Part shown: positions 28,271-38,996 of the stretch, piece by piece
How the letters are laid out: each line of letters starts with the position of its first letter
Position numbering within the stretch: position 1 is the stretch's first letter
IMG/VR virus record: IMGVR_UViG_3300033233_000019
Span: 34,913-98,912 of that record
Source: a virus
Reading direction: 5' to 3' (one strand)
Length of the DNA stretch: 64,000 bases
Position numbers and translations under genes: made by a program
The notes under the pieces: generated by a model
Told to the model about the DNA's origin: nothing
What the model saw: the letters and a program-made list of their open reading frames with translations, nothing else
Database searches by the model: none

Positions 28271-31072
28271 ATGGCAGAAGAAACTGAACAGAAAATCGAC
28301 AGTCCCACAGTTGAGCCGACTGAAGAAACGACAGACAACAATCAGCAAGCTGAAGCTGATGTTCAGCCGAAGGAAGAGTCTACTTCAGGCGCAGAGGACA
28401 AGACTGCCGCTTCTGAACCCGCTACTGCACAGCGCATGATTGGTGCGCGTGAAGATAACGCACAGTACGCCAATGCTCCGACGTATTCATCGGACGAGGC
28501 TGTCAGCACTGTTTCTCAACAGTTGTCGCCTGAGCAGCAAAAGATGATGGCGCAGCGTGCAGCAGAGCATGAAGCTATCGATCATACCGCGAGTAAGTGG
28601 AGACATGCAGCCGAAGCTATGGCTGGCGGTGAAGCCACTACCTACAAGTATGACGCTGCAACCGGAGAACTGAAGTCCGAAAAGAAGCCGTTGACCAAAG
28701 GCCAGATTATGATAGGCATTCTTGCCAACGTGTTAGGCGGCATGGGTGCTGGCGCAGGTGCGCGTAATCCGGCTGAAGCCATCGGTCAAGGATTCCAGTA
28801 CGGTGCCAATCAGGTGAAACAGCGTGACGAACAGGCACGTCAGCAAGCGACTGACGACTGGAAGCGTCGTGTTCAGACTATTCAGACTAACTTTCAGATT
28901 CACCAGAACGAAATGGCTCAGAACAAATTGGGATGGGACGCCAGCATGGAAGATGTTAAGCTTGGCGCTCCGCTCTACAAGATGCTGACCGATGGTGAAG
29001 CTGCTGGTGAGTTCAAGGACGAAAACGGCAAGCCGATCAAGGTCATTCAGAAAATCATTTCAGGCAGCGATTTCCAGAAGGAAATTGCCAGCGATCCTAA
29101 TTGGTCGTCTACACATAGCGCCATCAAAATCGGGCAGGAATGGGACATAGACCCGAAGACCGGGAAGCCACATCAGAATCCTTATGGTGACGCTGCAATC
29201 AATATGAAGTACGCGATCATCGACAAACAAGCACTGGAAACCAAGGTGGCTATTCCACCTGAGTTCAGAAAATACATCAAGGGCAACGTTCCTGAAGACT
29301 GGAAAGTTCGTCTTGGATTTCTCAACGATCTGAAGTCCAAAATATCCGCAGCAAATGACAGCAAGCACTACGCTGGTCAACTTACTGGTAAGGATAAAGA
29401 CACAACTTCAGATCGTGCAAACAAAGGAACAACTGAGTCCGGCAAGCCATTTGCTGAAGTGCAAAACGACCCTAACGCTTCGATTTGGGATCGATACCCA
29501 AACCTGAATCAACTGGCAGATGTTATGTCCAAGGTTGAGTCGGGTGGTAAGCCTGACGCGATTAGTGTTCGCAACAATAACCCCGGCAACATCACTAATC
29601 CTGATGGATCGATCAAGAAGTTCAATTCGCCGGAAGAAGGCAGAGCAGCACAACTTGCATTGCTTGGCCGTTTGAAAGAGAAGTATCCTGACCTGACCGC
29701 TCAAGACCTGATCGATGGCGGCAAGGGATATGCAGGATATGCTTCAACCAAGGCACCCGGCAATTCGCCGGAATCGGTTAAGAATTACGTTGACAGCATC
29801 AACCACAACGTTCCGACTGCCGGATTCTCTGGTGCCGCTCCGAAAGACATGCCAAAGGGATTGGAATGGTCTGAACCGGATACCAGCGAGTTAGAGTTGT
29901 CGGCGCACAATGCCCTGAAGAGACTTGGCGGATTCAACGCATTCAGAATCTATCCGGGCGAATCGAAATCGTTTGCGAAGTCACAAGCGGATTCCGGTAA
30001 GATCAACGCCGAAGATTACTCGTCGATACTCAACCTTATGGAGAGCAAAGACGGTAAGTTAAAGGGCGCTGACGCGATCAACGAAGACAAGCAGATTATG
30101 GCTGTTGCTGCGGACGTTAGAAAGAAACGGGCAGAAGCAGGAGTCGCCGTTGACAAGAAACAGGCAGACTTGGATGCCCATAACAAAGCATTCATCAAAG
30201 CCAACGAGCCAATCATCACCGCAGTCGGTGAAGGTAAGCTGTTCAACATTGCTCACATTGTCGGTCTGCGTAATGAAGATCGTAGCGTTTTGGAAAACGA
30301 GATTAGCAGCCGTTACCCGAACTGGAATCCTGAAGAGATTGGCGCAAAGGTTGATCTGTTCAAGGATGCGGCGGGTGCAAAGAAAATGACTGCTGGATCG
30401 TTCGCAAACTCTGTGAACGTCGCCAACACTTCGATTGGTCATATTGCTGGCGCTATTAGCTCTATCGAGCAATTGAAGGCAAAGTATCCTAGTGAATTTT
30501 CAGACACGAGCATGGGATCAAATTCACTGCAATGGTTCAATAAGAAGTTTGGCAATGAGCCAGCATGGAATAGATATCGTGTCGCGTTGGAAACTGGCAT
30601 CACCGATTGGCAGAACTTGCTGAATAATCAGCACGCTCTGACAGACGTTGTGCGTAAACAGACCGACGAATACATGAGTCCGACTTCCCCGCTTGTTAAC
30701 AGCGTGAATGGACTTCAGGAAATGGCTCACACTGCGGCTGTTCGTATTAAGCCTCTGAACGAAACGTGGAAAACCACGATGGGCGCAGATCACCCGAATC
30801 TGATCCAGAATGAAACTCTTGGAGCTATTCGCAAGATCAACAACCCGGAAGTTTCGCGCATCCTTGGCGAAATGAGTACGGGCGGAACGATAACAGGCAG
30901 TAGCGATGGTCGAGGCCAAGGCGGTACGAAAGTTGCCGATTGGGTCAAACCGTTGGAAGCAGGTTACGTTCGCGTTAAAGGCCCGGATGGTCTACCACAC
31001 GACATTAAGGCCGACATGTTGGATGCGGCAAAGAAACAGTATCCGACATTGCAGGTAGTTTTTGAGAAGTAA
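28271..31072 (+). CDS. Internal virion/ejection protein with lysozyme-like domain
   Basis: KVESGG...RNNNPGNI...F.SPEEG..A...NYV. Confidence 0.7.
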   Translation: MAEETEQKIDSPTVEPTEETTDNNQQAEADVQPKEESTSGAEDKTAASEPATAQRMIGAREDNAQYANAPTYSSDEAVSTVSQQLSPEQQKMMAQRAAEHEAIDHTASKWRHAAEAMAGGEATTYKYDAATGELKSEKKPLTKGQIMIGILANVLGGMGAGAGARNPAEAIGQGFQYGANQVKQRDEQARQQATDDWKRRVQTIQTNFQIHQNEMAQNKLGWDASMEDVKLGAPLYKMLTDGEAAGEFKDENGKPIKVIQKIISGSDFQKEIASDPNWSSTHSAIKIGQEWDIDPKTGKPHQNPYGDAAINMKYAIIDKQALETKVAIPPEFRKYIKGNVPEDWKVRLGFLNDLKSKISAANDSKHYAGQLTGKDKDTTSDRANKGTTESGKPFAEVQNDPNASIWDRYPNLNQLADVMSKVESGGKPDAISVRNNNPGNITNPDGSIKKFNSPEEGRAAQLALLGRLKEKYPDLTAQDLIDGGKGYAGYASTKAPGNSPESVKNYVDSINHNVPTAGFSGAAPKDMPKGLEWSEPDTSELELSAHNALKRLGGFNAFRIYPGESKSFAKSQADSGKINAEDYSSILNLMESKDGKLKGADAINEDKQIMAVAADVRKKRAEAGVAVDKKQADLDAHNKAFIKANEPIITAVGEGKLFNIAHIVGLRNEDRSVLENEISSRYPNWNPEEIGAKVDLFKDAAGAKKMTAGSFANSVNVANTSIGHIAGAISSIEQLKAKYPSEFSDTSMGSNSLQWFNKKFGNEPAWNRYRVALETGITDWQNLLNNQHALTDVVRKQTDEYMSPTSPLVNSVNGLQEMAHTAAVRIKPLNETWKTTMGADHPNLIQNETLGAIRKINNPEVSRILGEMSTGGTITGSSDGRGQGGTKVADWVKPLEAGYVRVKGPDGLPHDIKADMLDAAKKQYPTLQVVFEK

Positions 31073-31081
31073 AGGAGCATC

Positions 31082-32887
31082 ATGCCGGAACCAGAACAAG
31101 CAGTAAAACCCGCCACTTCTCAGTCAGCAGGGCCAGCGCAATCTGGCCCCGTTGATTTCTCTGCATTTGGCGAGAAGCCGAAAGATGGTTCGACACCATC
31201 TACGCCACAAGCGTCACCACAGGGTGCCGTTGATATGTCGGCGTTTGGTGAGAAGCCGAAGGGACAGGAACAAGCTGCACCGGAAGCACAAGGTACACCG
31301 GAAGAGAAGCCTAGTGGTATGGAAGCCGTTTCTGGCTTTGAAGCTGGCGCTACTCCTGAGACTGGTTATCATCCGGGGCCACTTAATAAGGGTGTCACTG
31401 GCGGTATGGGTGCCGAAGCTCTGGACATGCTCAAAGGTCTGCCTAAGATGACATTGGGCGTTCCCGGCCTTGCATACGAGCATCTGAAATACGTTCCTTC
31501 ACAGTATCGTGCATACGAAGCCGCCCGTCAAAAGGGATTGTCTCCTGTGGAATCGATGAAAGTTGTTCAGCAGGAGATTCAGAAAAAGGGCAACGCTTAC
31601 ACTCAGTTAGTGCAGCGTGTCAAAGATTTGAGAAGCGCAGATTCGGAAACGTCAGCCAGAGCTATTGGCAAGACGATCATGGATTTGGTTCCTATCGCAT
31701 TAGGTCTTGCTGAAGGCGTTGCGCCAGCGGCAGAGGAAGCTGCTATTCCGGCTGCGGCTGAAGCCACGGCTCCAATTGCGGCTGAAGCTGCTCCTATCGA
31801 AGCTGCGGCTGCGAGAACTGCACAGCAAGTTACACATCGTTACAATCCAGCAACCAAATCAGTCGAGCCTATTCAACAGGCAGTGGCTAAGGGCGCTGGT
31901 CAGGTTGCGGAGAAAGTTGGTCTGCCGGAAGGTACGGCAGCAACCGTAGCTCCGTCTGGTGAAGCAATTCAGCCAGCAATCGAGCACGGTCTGAATGAAG
32001 TATCGGAAATGGCAGCAAAGGATGCTGGTGTTCCGTTCGCTAAAGGCGCTGATGTTCGTGATTCAATCGGAGCCACTGCTAGAGCTACCAAGGCAAGCGC
32101 CAGTGCAGATTACAAAGCACTGGACAACGCTTCGGAAGGTCGCTGGCAGCGTTTCGATGATTCTATCGAGAACATCAACAAAGAAATCGCTGAAAAGGTT
32201 GGCATCGACGACGAGAAAGTTACTCGTTTGGAAGCACGCCGTGATGATATCTTGGCTTCGCAAGAAAACATGCTCAAAGACATGGTTTCCGAAGGCAAGG
32301 TCGATCCGTCTATCGCTGATCGTGCCAGAGCAGCATACAAGAAGTCAATGGCATTGCACGACGTTAACGCCGCTGTTCGTGGCGCGACCAAGCGCACTGT
32401 CGTTGCTGGTAAGTCCGCGAACGTGACCGATCCTGATGGATTGCTCAATCGTTTGAACAAACTCAATGATGTTCCTCCGTCCGGTGGCCCAAGTCGCTTG
32501 CAGCAAGCATTAGGCGAGAAGGGTGCAAAGACAGCTATCGAGCACGCAGAGAATGCTCAGATTGCAAAGGCAGCGATCAAGGAATTTACTCCGACTTCCT
32601 CTACTGGTAAAGTTGCTCTTGAAGACATACTTAGAAAGCATACAACTGCCAAGCCGGGAATAGTCACTGGTGCTAAAGGCAAGGTAGACTGGAAAGCAGC
32701 AATGAATGATTTTGAACAGCTTGAACCAGCAGAACGTAATGCTATGTTTGGTAACGATGTGCCTGCTCTTCGTTCAATGTTGGCTCGTAATGCCAGAATA
32801 CAAACTGCAAAAGAGTGGATACTGAAATACGGAGGGTACGCCGCAGCCGGTGCAGCGGGTGCTGATATTCTTCGTATGACTTTTTAA
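31082..32887 (+). CDS. Internal virion/ejection protein
   Basis: Ala-rich helical; N-terminal repeat VD(F/M)SAFGEKPK x2. Confidence 0.6.
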   Translation: MPEPEQAVKPATSQSAGPAQSGPVDFSAFGEKPKDGSTPSTPQASPQGAVDMSAFGEKPKGQEQAAPEAQGTPEEKPSGMEAVSGFEAGATPETGYHPGPLNKGVTGGMGAEALDMLKGLPKMTLGVPGLAYEHLKYVPSQYRAYEAARQKGLSPVESMKVVQQEIQKKGNAYTQLVQRVKDLRSADSETSARAIGKTIMDLVPIALGLAEGVAPAAEEAAIPAAAEATAPIAAEAAPIEAAAARTAQQVTHRYNPATKSVEPIQQAVAKGAGQVAEKVGLPEGTAATVAPSGEAIQPAIEHGLNEVSEMAAKDAGVPFAKGADVRDSIGATARATKASASADYKALDNASEGRWQRFDDSIENINKEIAEKVGIDDEKVTRLEARRDDILASQENMLKDMVSEGKVDPSIADRARAAYKKSMALHDVNAAVRGATKRTVVAGKSANVTDPDGLLNRLNKLNDVPPSGGPSRLQQALGEKGAKTAIEHAENAQIAKAAIKEFTPTSSTGKVALEDILRKHTTAKPGIVTGAKGKVDWKAAMNDFEQLEPAERNAMFGNDVPALRSMLARNARIQTAKEWILKYGGYAAAGAAGADILRMTF

Positions 32888-32940
32888 TTTCAACCTAACT
32901 GTCGTTTCGTCCAATCCGACAGTTATTGGCGGCTTACGCT

Positions 32941-32969
32941 TTGCAAGGTGTAAGCCGCAGTAGTATGAT
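32941..32969 (+). promoter_or_regulatory. Sigma70-like promoter of the HNH gene
   Basis: TTGCAA-17-TATGAT, -35 within inverted repeat gcggcttac/gtaagccgc. Confidence 0.6.
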
Positions 32970-32988
32970 TGGATGAGATTGGGCGGAT

Positions 32989-33387
32989 ATGAAAAAGTTA
33001 GAACCGGATTATGAGAAAAGTAGGCATCACAAGTATTATGAAGAGCACAAAGATCAGATAAAGGCACGAGTAAAAGAGTATGACAAGACACACAAGCGAG
33101 ACTCGAAAAGTAAGAAACTTAAACACAATTTTGGCATTACTTTAGAGCAATACAACGACATGCTTGTGTCACAAAACGGTGTATGTGCGATCTGTAAGCA
33201 AGTGGAAACTCACAAGCACAAGAGCGGCGTGCTGTGCAAATTATCTGTCGATCACTGCCATACAACAGGTAGAAATAGAAAATTGTTGTGTCACAAATGT
33301 AATTTAGGACTTGGGATTTTTAACGATAATCCAGTCGTATTACACGATGCGGCTCGATATCTGGAAGAATGCAATTATGGCAACTAA
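32989..33387 (+). mobile_element. Free-standing EndoVII-like HNH endonuclease
   Basis: FGIT, CAIC, VDHCH, LLCHKCNLGLG. Confidence 0.9.
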
Positions 33388-36300
33388 TGCACCGACACCT
33401 AATTTTAGCGTAACAGGGTTTGAACAATCTCCGCCGGAGCAGGATCAGGCAACAGTGGCCAATACCTCTGCCAGCGTTGAGCCAACTGGTGCAACGCCAG
33501 ATATATCAAAAAACATCGCTGAATCGATTAAATCGATGAAGACTGTTGGCGAATATGAGCCTTCTCCAGCGGTTCACGCCAATCTGCACTATGATCCAAA
33601 ATCTCACAAGTACGTAGACCTTGGTGTTCCGAATGTTTCTTCAATTGGAATACCGCACGACGCGGACGCCAATGCTGTTTCGGATGCAGTCTACAGTGCG
33701 TACAACAAAATCTTTCCGTTTCGGTCTGCCGAAGACAAAGATTTGCTGACTGACGTTGGCAAGGTCGTCGGCGCAACCGAAGCTATGTCTCGCAAAGGTG
33801 CTGAAGTTGGTGGCAAGGTAGCACTGGGAATGCTGACCGGACAGGGGACAGTCACAGGATTTGAACCTGTCGAAGATTTGCCAACCGTTACACCTGAAGA
33901 GTTCAAGAAAAGCAATCCAGTTGCGGCTGGTATCGCACAAGGTCTTGGAGAAACAGTCGGCGGCTTTGTGGCCGATCCTAAGAACTGGCCTTTGATGTTC
34001 TCCGCTTCAGCAGCACCGTTGCTTCGTAGCTCGATCCAATTTGGATTCGCAATGCTTATGGGCAAAGGAATGGTTGACGAAGCTAATCAATTGGCTGAGA
34101 ATTGGGACAATCTTACACCTGACGAACGCGCCAAGGAAGTTACCAAACTTGGACTTGGCACGATCATGGCGGTAGAAGCCACTCGTCACGCAACAAACAA
34201 CGGTGTCGATGCTATCACTGGAACCAAGATTGGTGAAGCTTCGCACGTTGCTGTTGAAATCAACGGCAAGAATTACGATCTGCCGAAGGAGCACGCTGGT
34301 TGGATGGCGGAAGCTATCCACAAATACACTGCGGAAAACGAACCTTTATTCCACGGCCCTTATCCTGAAGCAGAAGTTAAACAGCCAATCGCTGAAGGTC
34401 TGACTCCTGAAGGCGCGAACTTCTCTAACGAAGAGATTGCGCGTCAGGCTCGTGGCGAGAAGTACTACACCGTTTCAAAGGGCGGCAACATCACAGCCCA
34501 AATGTCGCAGCCGGATGCGGCCAGTGACTTGAAGGGCGGCGCGGTAGTAAAAGTTCTGCCGGATGGAACATACGATGTTCAGCGTGGCGATTCATCCATC
34601 GCTGAGAAGTACAAGGATCGTGTTCTGGAAGCAAACAAACCGCCGAAGGATTTGTCGGTAGCCGACGACTGGCAAAAGATTGTCGAGTCAACGGAACCCG
34701 GCACAGAGCATGTTCAAACAGCATTTCCAAATTCCGATGTGAGTAGACTGACCGACAGCAGTTGGAAAGTTAAGACTCCTGCTGGACACGACATCATAGT
34801 GGTTAAAACGCCAGAAGTTTCGACTGAAGGTTCTGGTATCACACTAAAGAATAATCAGTATGCGGCAGGCTCATGGCAGCAAATTGACACAGGCGGTATC
34901 ATGTACTTGGCAAAGATTGCTGGTCAAGACACCGTTCATCACGAAGCATTTCACGCAGCAATGGATTTGGCATTAAGTAAAGCCGAGCGCAAATCAATCA
35001 TTGATCGTTACGGTAATGAAGAAATGGCTGCGGAAGCGTATGGTAAATGGAAACCACAAGCAGAGACAAATACTTTGTTTGGAAAAATTCAAGCATACTT
35101 TGGTCGTTTGTACAATTCTATATTAAACCCGGCAGAGAATGTTTTCTCAGACATTCGCTCAGGCAAAGCGTGGGAAAAATCAGCAAAGCAGGCCGGACTA
35201 GATAATACAGTAAATCTTTCGATTGGTAAGAAACCTGTAAGCGATGATAATTTAACAAAAAAAATCATGGCAGAACATGCCCTCGGTGGGTCAACGTTCA
35301 ATGCAAAGACCGGGGAAAATCAAAAAGATTCTAACACTTACGCAGTCAGTACTGAGCCAGACAGAACAAGAGTTATCAACGGACCTATTACTGATAAACA
35401 TATCGCTGACTTTAGAAAAGATAATGCCGATAAACTTATAAAAGATTCGGATAACTATTCATTAGGCACATGGAAAGCTGGTGACGGTAGTCATCAGTTG
35501 GATGTGGTTAGACACGTAAAGACAGAGGCAGAAGCACAGAAATTGGGAAGAGAGAATCGTCAGATAGCAGCATACCACTTGGGTGATAAGGGCGAAGTAC
35601 CAATACAATATCCTCTTACTAACGCGTTAAGAGAAAAGTACGGTACTGACAATAATCCGGCACAGACAGGATTTGTGTCTGTAAATGGAGACTTTATTTC
35701 TCTTGGTCCTACCGAACATCCTCCCGCTTTGATGGCGGCTTTTCGTGATGCTGGAATTAAACTTCCCAAAGACATTACTATAAATAACGTACTTCCTTGG
35801 TTTTTGGATCAAGAGGGTGCTGTCCGCGTGCGTATTCGTCGTTCTCCCGCAGGATGGGAGATGGCAATTAGTTCTCCAACAAATATTCGTCCAGAAACAG
35901 TTGATACACTTAAACGTGGTCTTGAAAGTATGGGACCACATGCGAATGCATATGTAGAAAAAACTACGCCTGACGAATCCTCCAATCAATATAAACGAAT
36001 TGAGGAAGCTAATCCCGATAAACTTGAGACTGCTTTGCGTGATATTAAAGCATACACAGCGAAAGCACCAGAGGTAGTTCCAGAAATTAAAAATCCACTA
36101 GCGGCGGCAGCAGAATCTTTAGGTGGTAAAGAGGCAAACGATCCTATTGATTTACTACGTCCTGAAGAGAAGGCACGTTTGACCCCAAAGGCGCAAGCTA
36201 AGCTTCGTGATGAATATGCACGTCTTCAAGGTAGTATACCTGAACAGGCCGCTGCGGTTCGTGTTGGTATGACAGCATCAGATTGGTGGGATCGTGGGCA

Positions 36301-37261
36301 TAAAGTATACCATGCTATGTCTGATGCTGACCCGGCAAGTTTTCCTCCTGAGTTACAGACACAATTTGCGAATGTAGTGGGTTCAACGTCGCCACACCAA
36401 TCAGTTGAAATGGCAACACTGGAAGCTTTACATGTTTGGAATCAATGGATGGAAAAAATTTATGAACCGAGCAAGCCAAATACGGAAGCCAATATTCGTA
36501 AATATGTTAAGTTTTTTTCATTGGAAGCCGCCAAAATGCCAAACCTAGTTAGAGCACTTAGAGGCGAAGATTTATTCGCTGGACGTACTAAGTCCTTCAA
36601 AGCCCCAACTATGGGTCAAGCATTACAGGCACCGACAACGATTACAAGAGAGTCCGGTGTAATGGATTCCCATATGGGAGATATTCACGGTATCAATCAA
36701 GAGGCAATGGCAAAGCCCCAAACTTACTATGCTATGGTGGCTAATAGTCGAGCGGTTGCTAATGAAGTAAGTCGCCAGATTGGTGAGCGGATTGACACAA
36801 GGGATGTGCAAGCGGCTCAATGGGCGACAAAACTTGCAATCAAAAACCTGTTGCAAGAGACGCCAACAGCCCCGGCTGGCAAAATTTTGGAACGCTTAAC
36901 CCCGGAAGTCATTGATTCTTATAAAAAAGATATTGTTGACATTTTGGGAAGTAATGATATAATCAGGTTTCAGGGTAAAGACTACCGAATCCCTGAAATG
37001 CTAAAGGAGCTTTATGGAGAAGAATTTGTCACAAAACTCAACGAAGGACTCGCAAAAATCCCCAAAACGACTCGGAAAGGAAGCCCTGCGTCAGGTTATA
37101 TTCCAGAGCTTACTCCGCTTGTCGAAAGGCTCCGTACAAAATACGGAAAGCCGGTAGAACCGGAGATAGAGCCTGAACAGGCAATCGAAGAGGGAGATAC
37201 TAGTTTTGATTTCGGGGCAAATGTCATTAAAGCCGCCAAAAAGCCGTTAGGCGGTCAATAA
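33377..37261 (+). CDS. Large polyvalent-type internal virion protein (HExxH peptidase-like + C-terminal helical glycosylase-like domain)
   Basis: HHEAFH; DWW..., STSPHQSV, MDSHM, VQAAQW. Confidence 0.6.
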   Translation: MATNAPTPNFSVTGFEQSPPEQDQATVANTSASVEPTGATPDISKNIAESIKSMKTVGEYEPSPAVHANLHYDPKSHKYVDLGVPNVSSIGIPHDADANAVSDAVYSAYNKIFPFRSAEDKDLLTDVGKVVGATEAMSRKGAEVGGKVALGMLTGQGTVTGFEPVEDLPTVTPEEFKKSNPVAAGIAQGLGETVGGFVADPKNWPLMFSASAAPLLRSSIQFGFAMLMGKGMVDEANQLAENWDNLTPDERAKEVTKLGLGTIMAVEATRHATNNGVDAITGTKIGEASHVAVEINGKNYDLPKEHAGWMAEAIHKYTAENEPLFHGPYPEAEVKQPIAEGLTPEGANFSNEEIARQARGEKYYTVSKGGNITAQMSQPDAASDLKGGAVVKVLPDGTYDVQRGDSSIAEKYKDRVLEANKPPKDLSVADDWQKIVESTEPGTEHVQTAFPNSDVSRLTDSSWKVKTPAGHDIIVVKTPEVSTEGSGITLKNNQYAAGSWQQIDTGGIMYLAKIAGQDTVHHEAFHAAMDLALSKAERKSIIDRYGNEEMAAEAYGKWKPQAETNTLFGKIQAYFGRLYNSILNPAENVFSDIRSGKAWEKSAKQAGLDNTVNLSIGKKPVSDDNLTKKIMAEHALGGSTFNAKTGENQKDSNTYAVSTEPDRTRVINGPITDKHIADFRKDNADKLIKDSDNYSLGTWKAGDGSHQLDVVRHVKTEAEAQKLGRENRQIAAYHLGDKGEVPIQYPLTNALREKYGTDNNPAQTGFVSVNGDFISLGPTEHPPALMAAFRDAGIKLPKDITINNVLPWFLDQEGAVRVRIRRSPAGWEMAISSPTNIRPETVDTLKRGLESMGPHANAYVEKTTPDESSNQYKRIEEANPDKLETALRDIKAYTAKAPEVVPEIKNPLAAAAESLGGKEANDPIDLLRPEEKARLTPKAQAKLRDEYARLQGSIPEQAAAVRVGMTASDWWDRGHKVYHAMSDADPASFPPELQTQFANVVGSTSPHQSVEMATLEALHVWNQWMEKIYEPSKPNTEANIRKYVKFFSLEAAKMPNLVRALRGEDLFAGRTKSFKAPTMGQALQAPTTITRESGVMDSHMGDIHGINQEAMAKPQTYYAMVANSRAVANEVSRQIGERIDTRDVQAAQWATKLAIKNLLQETPTAPAGKILERLTPEVIDSYKKDIVDILGSNDIIRFQGKDYRIPEMLKELYGEEFVTKLNEGLAKIPKTTRKGSPASGYIPELTPLVERLRTKYGKPVEPEIEPEQAIEEGDTSFDFGANVIKAAKKPLGGQ

Positions 37262-37277
37262 ACAATATGGAGGTAGT

Positions 37278-37460
37278 ATGACTTTTACACAGAGAACAAG
37301 GCTGATTAATATAGCAAATCGTCTCAGGGATTTAGAAGCCGATATTCGAAACTTGGTAACCCCTGTGGTTTGTGAGCGTTGGATTAGCGGAGCAGATTAT
37401 GAGGAATTGGCGATAGCCACTGATTCAGAATTGAAGATAATGCTTGACAAACTTCGGTAA
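37278..37460 (+). CDS. Hypothetical 60 aa protein
   Basis: GGAGGT RBS. Confidence 0.6.
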   Translation: MTFTQRTRLINIANRLRDLEADIRNLVTPVVCERWISGADYEELAIATDSELKIMLDKLR

Positions 37461-37472
37461 CTGTGAGATAAT
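37444..37472 (+). promoter_or_regulatory. Sigma70-like promoter
   Basis: TTGACA-17-GATAAT with TGn extension. Confidence 0.7.
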
Positions 37473-37545
37473 GCTTGTACAGTGATACTTGAACCATTCA
37501 ACTTGCTGATTCAGCAGGCCGCGCTTGCTGTAGAAGGGGTGTTCA

Positions 37546-37953
37546 ATGCTGCGTCAAGATGATTTCCAAAAAGGGCAATTGGTTCTTTATGCGTGGCAAT
37601 ACTCTCACGAATATGGCGGTCCCAAGCCAGCCATAATGGTAATGAATGCTATTATGAATCGGGTAAAAGTAGGGCAGGGATCGCTGTTAGAAGTTTTATC
37701 GCGTATCCCAAAGTACGCCGCAGAATACAAACAACCAGATGGATTTCCTAGCATATGGGATCAGACACTCGTGCGTCTCCTGCACGAAGTTGAATCCGTC
37801 TTCGACAATTCTGGCAAAGATATTACGGACGGCGCACTGTTTTGGTGCGATCTTCGCCGGGTAGAGACTGAGTGGTTCAGGAACACGATTCTCGGCAATC
37901 CCACACAGCACCCCCGCGTAGCGGACTTCAATTCGCTGACGTTCTTTCGGTAA
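37546..37953 (+). CDS. Cell-wall hydrolase (SleB/Hydrolase_2)-like protein
   Basis: V.N.I.NRV, DITDGALF, C-terminal TFFR. Confidence 0.6.
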   Translation: MLRQDDFQKGQLVLYAWQYSHEYGGPKPAIMVMNAIMNRVKVGQGSLLEVLSRIPKYAAEYKQPDGFPSIWDQTLVRLLHEVESVFDNSGKDITDGALFWCDLRRVETEWFRNTILGNPTQHPRVADFNSLTFFR

Positions 37954-37975
37954 ACGATATGAAAACAACGAAGCT

Positions 37976-38308
37976 TTGATTATACTGAGTGACGCAATCG
38001 ACCTGCAAAAAGAGACGCTCCAAATTTTGAGAGAAGCGTTAGCAGTTTTGAAGGCGGCGGTTGAAGAGTTGAAGGCATCGCGTGTGCCGCCGATTCACAT
38101 CACTCCGTACACGTCTCCGGTAATCGCTCCATACACATGGCAGAATATCCAACCGAATCGGATAGGTGATCCGTCGCCCAACATAACGCCGACGATTACA
38201 TGCGAAGGAAAGTACGCGAACGCAATCTCTAACGCTCACACATGCGAAGCGAAAGGCGTGAGCGTGTTCTACAGCAACACAAAGGATGTATGTGGCAAAA
38301 GCTTATAG
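37976..38308 (+). CDS. Hypothetical protein (start uncertain)
   Basis: Fills the gap in the operon. Confidence 0.5.
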   Translation: MIILSDAIDLQKETLQILREALAVLKAAVEELKASRVPPIHITPYTSPVIAPYTWQNIQPNRIGDPSPNITPTITCEGKYANAISNAHTCEAKGVSVFYSNTKDVCGKSL

Positions 38309-38541
38309 GTTGGTGTCAAGGTCGTCACACAGCTTTCGCAATTTATTTCACAATTGCAGGGACGGTCTTGGCAGTGTTTCACAAACTCGACGTTAACTTT
38401 ATCATGCTTATCGGTGCCGTGCAGGGCTTAGTTTTGGGACACTCAATTAAGGAAGATGTAATGGATTACATGAAAGCTAAACAGCCTTCCTCTGAAATTG
38501 CCGTAATTGACAATAATGCCCATAATGGGGCTGACAAGTAA
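38290..38541 (+). CDS. Small membrane protein, holin-like
   Basis: Two hydrophobic segments; AAGGA RBS. Confidence 0.5.
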   Translation: MWQKLIGWCQGRHTAFAIYFTIAGTVLAVFHKLDVNFIMLIGAVQGLVLGHSIKEDVMDYMKAKQPSSEIAVIDNNAHNGADK

Positions 38542-38996
38542 TGTCTCACAATGACGATACAAGGCGTTGGCGATTAGCCCATCCTGAGCAGGACAAAGCA
38601 GCCAAAGAAAGTTGGAAACAAAGTAATCCAAATCATCACGCCACTTGGAGAAAGAACAATCGAAGCAGGATTCGCGGATATGCATTGAAGCGAATTTATG
38701 GTATCACACTCAAACAGTTTGATGCAATTTTTGAAGCACAAGGAAGTTGTTGCAAAATTTGTAAATCGACTGACCCGAAGGGACGACACAATTCGTGGCA
38801 TGTCAATCACGATCATAATTTAGAGGGCAAAAACATTCGCGGTATACTTTGTCAGCGGTGCAATCTTACACTTGGGCAATTGGAGAACAACAATTTGTTG
38901 CAATCTATGTCTGCTTATCTTGAGAATGCCAGCCACAATATACAGACAAATCGTGACCTGTGCCTCAAGGAAGAAGAAAATGGTAATACAAAGTAA
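38541..38996 (+). mobile_element. Free-standing EndoVII-like HNH endonuclease (VNHDH variant)
   Basis: YGIT, CKIC, WHVNHDH, RGILCQRCN. Confidence 0.85.
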
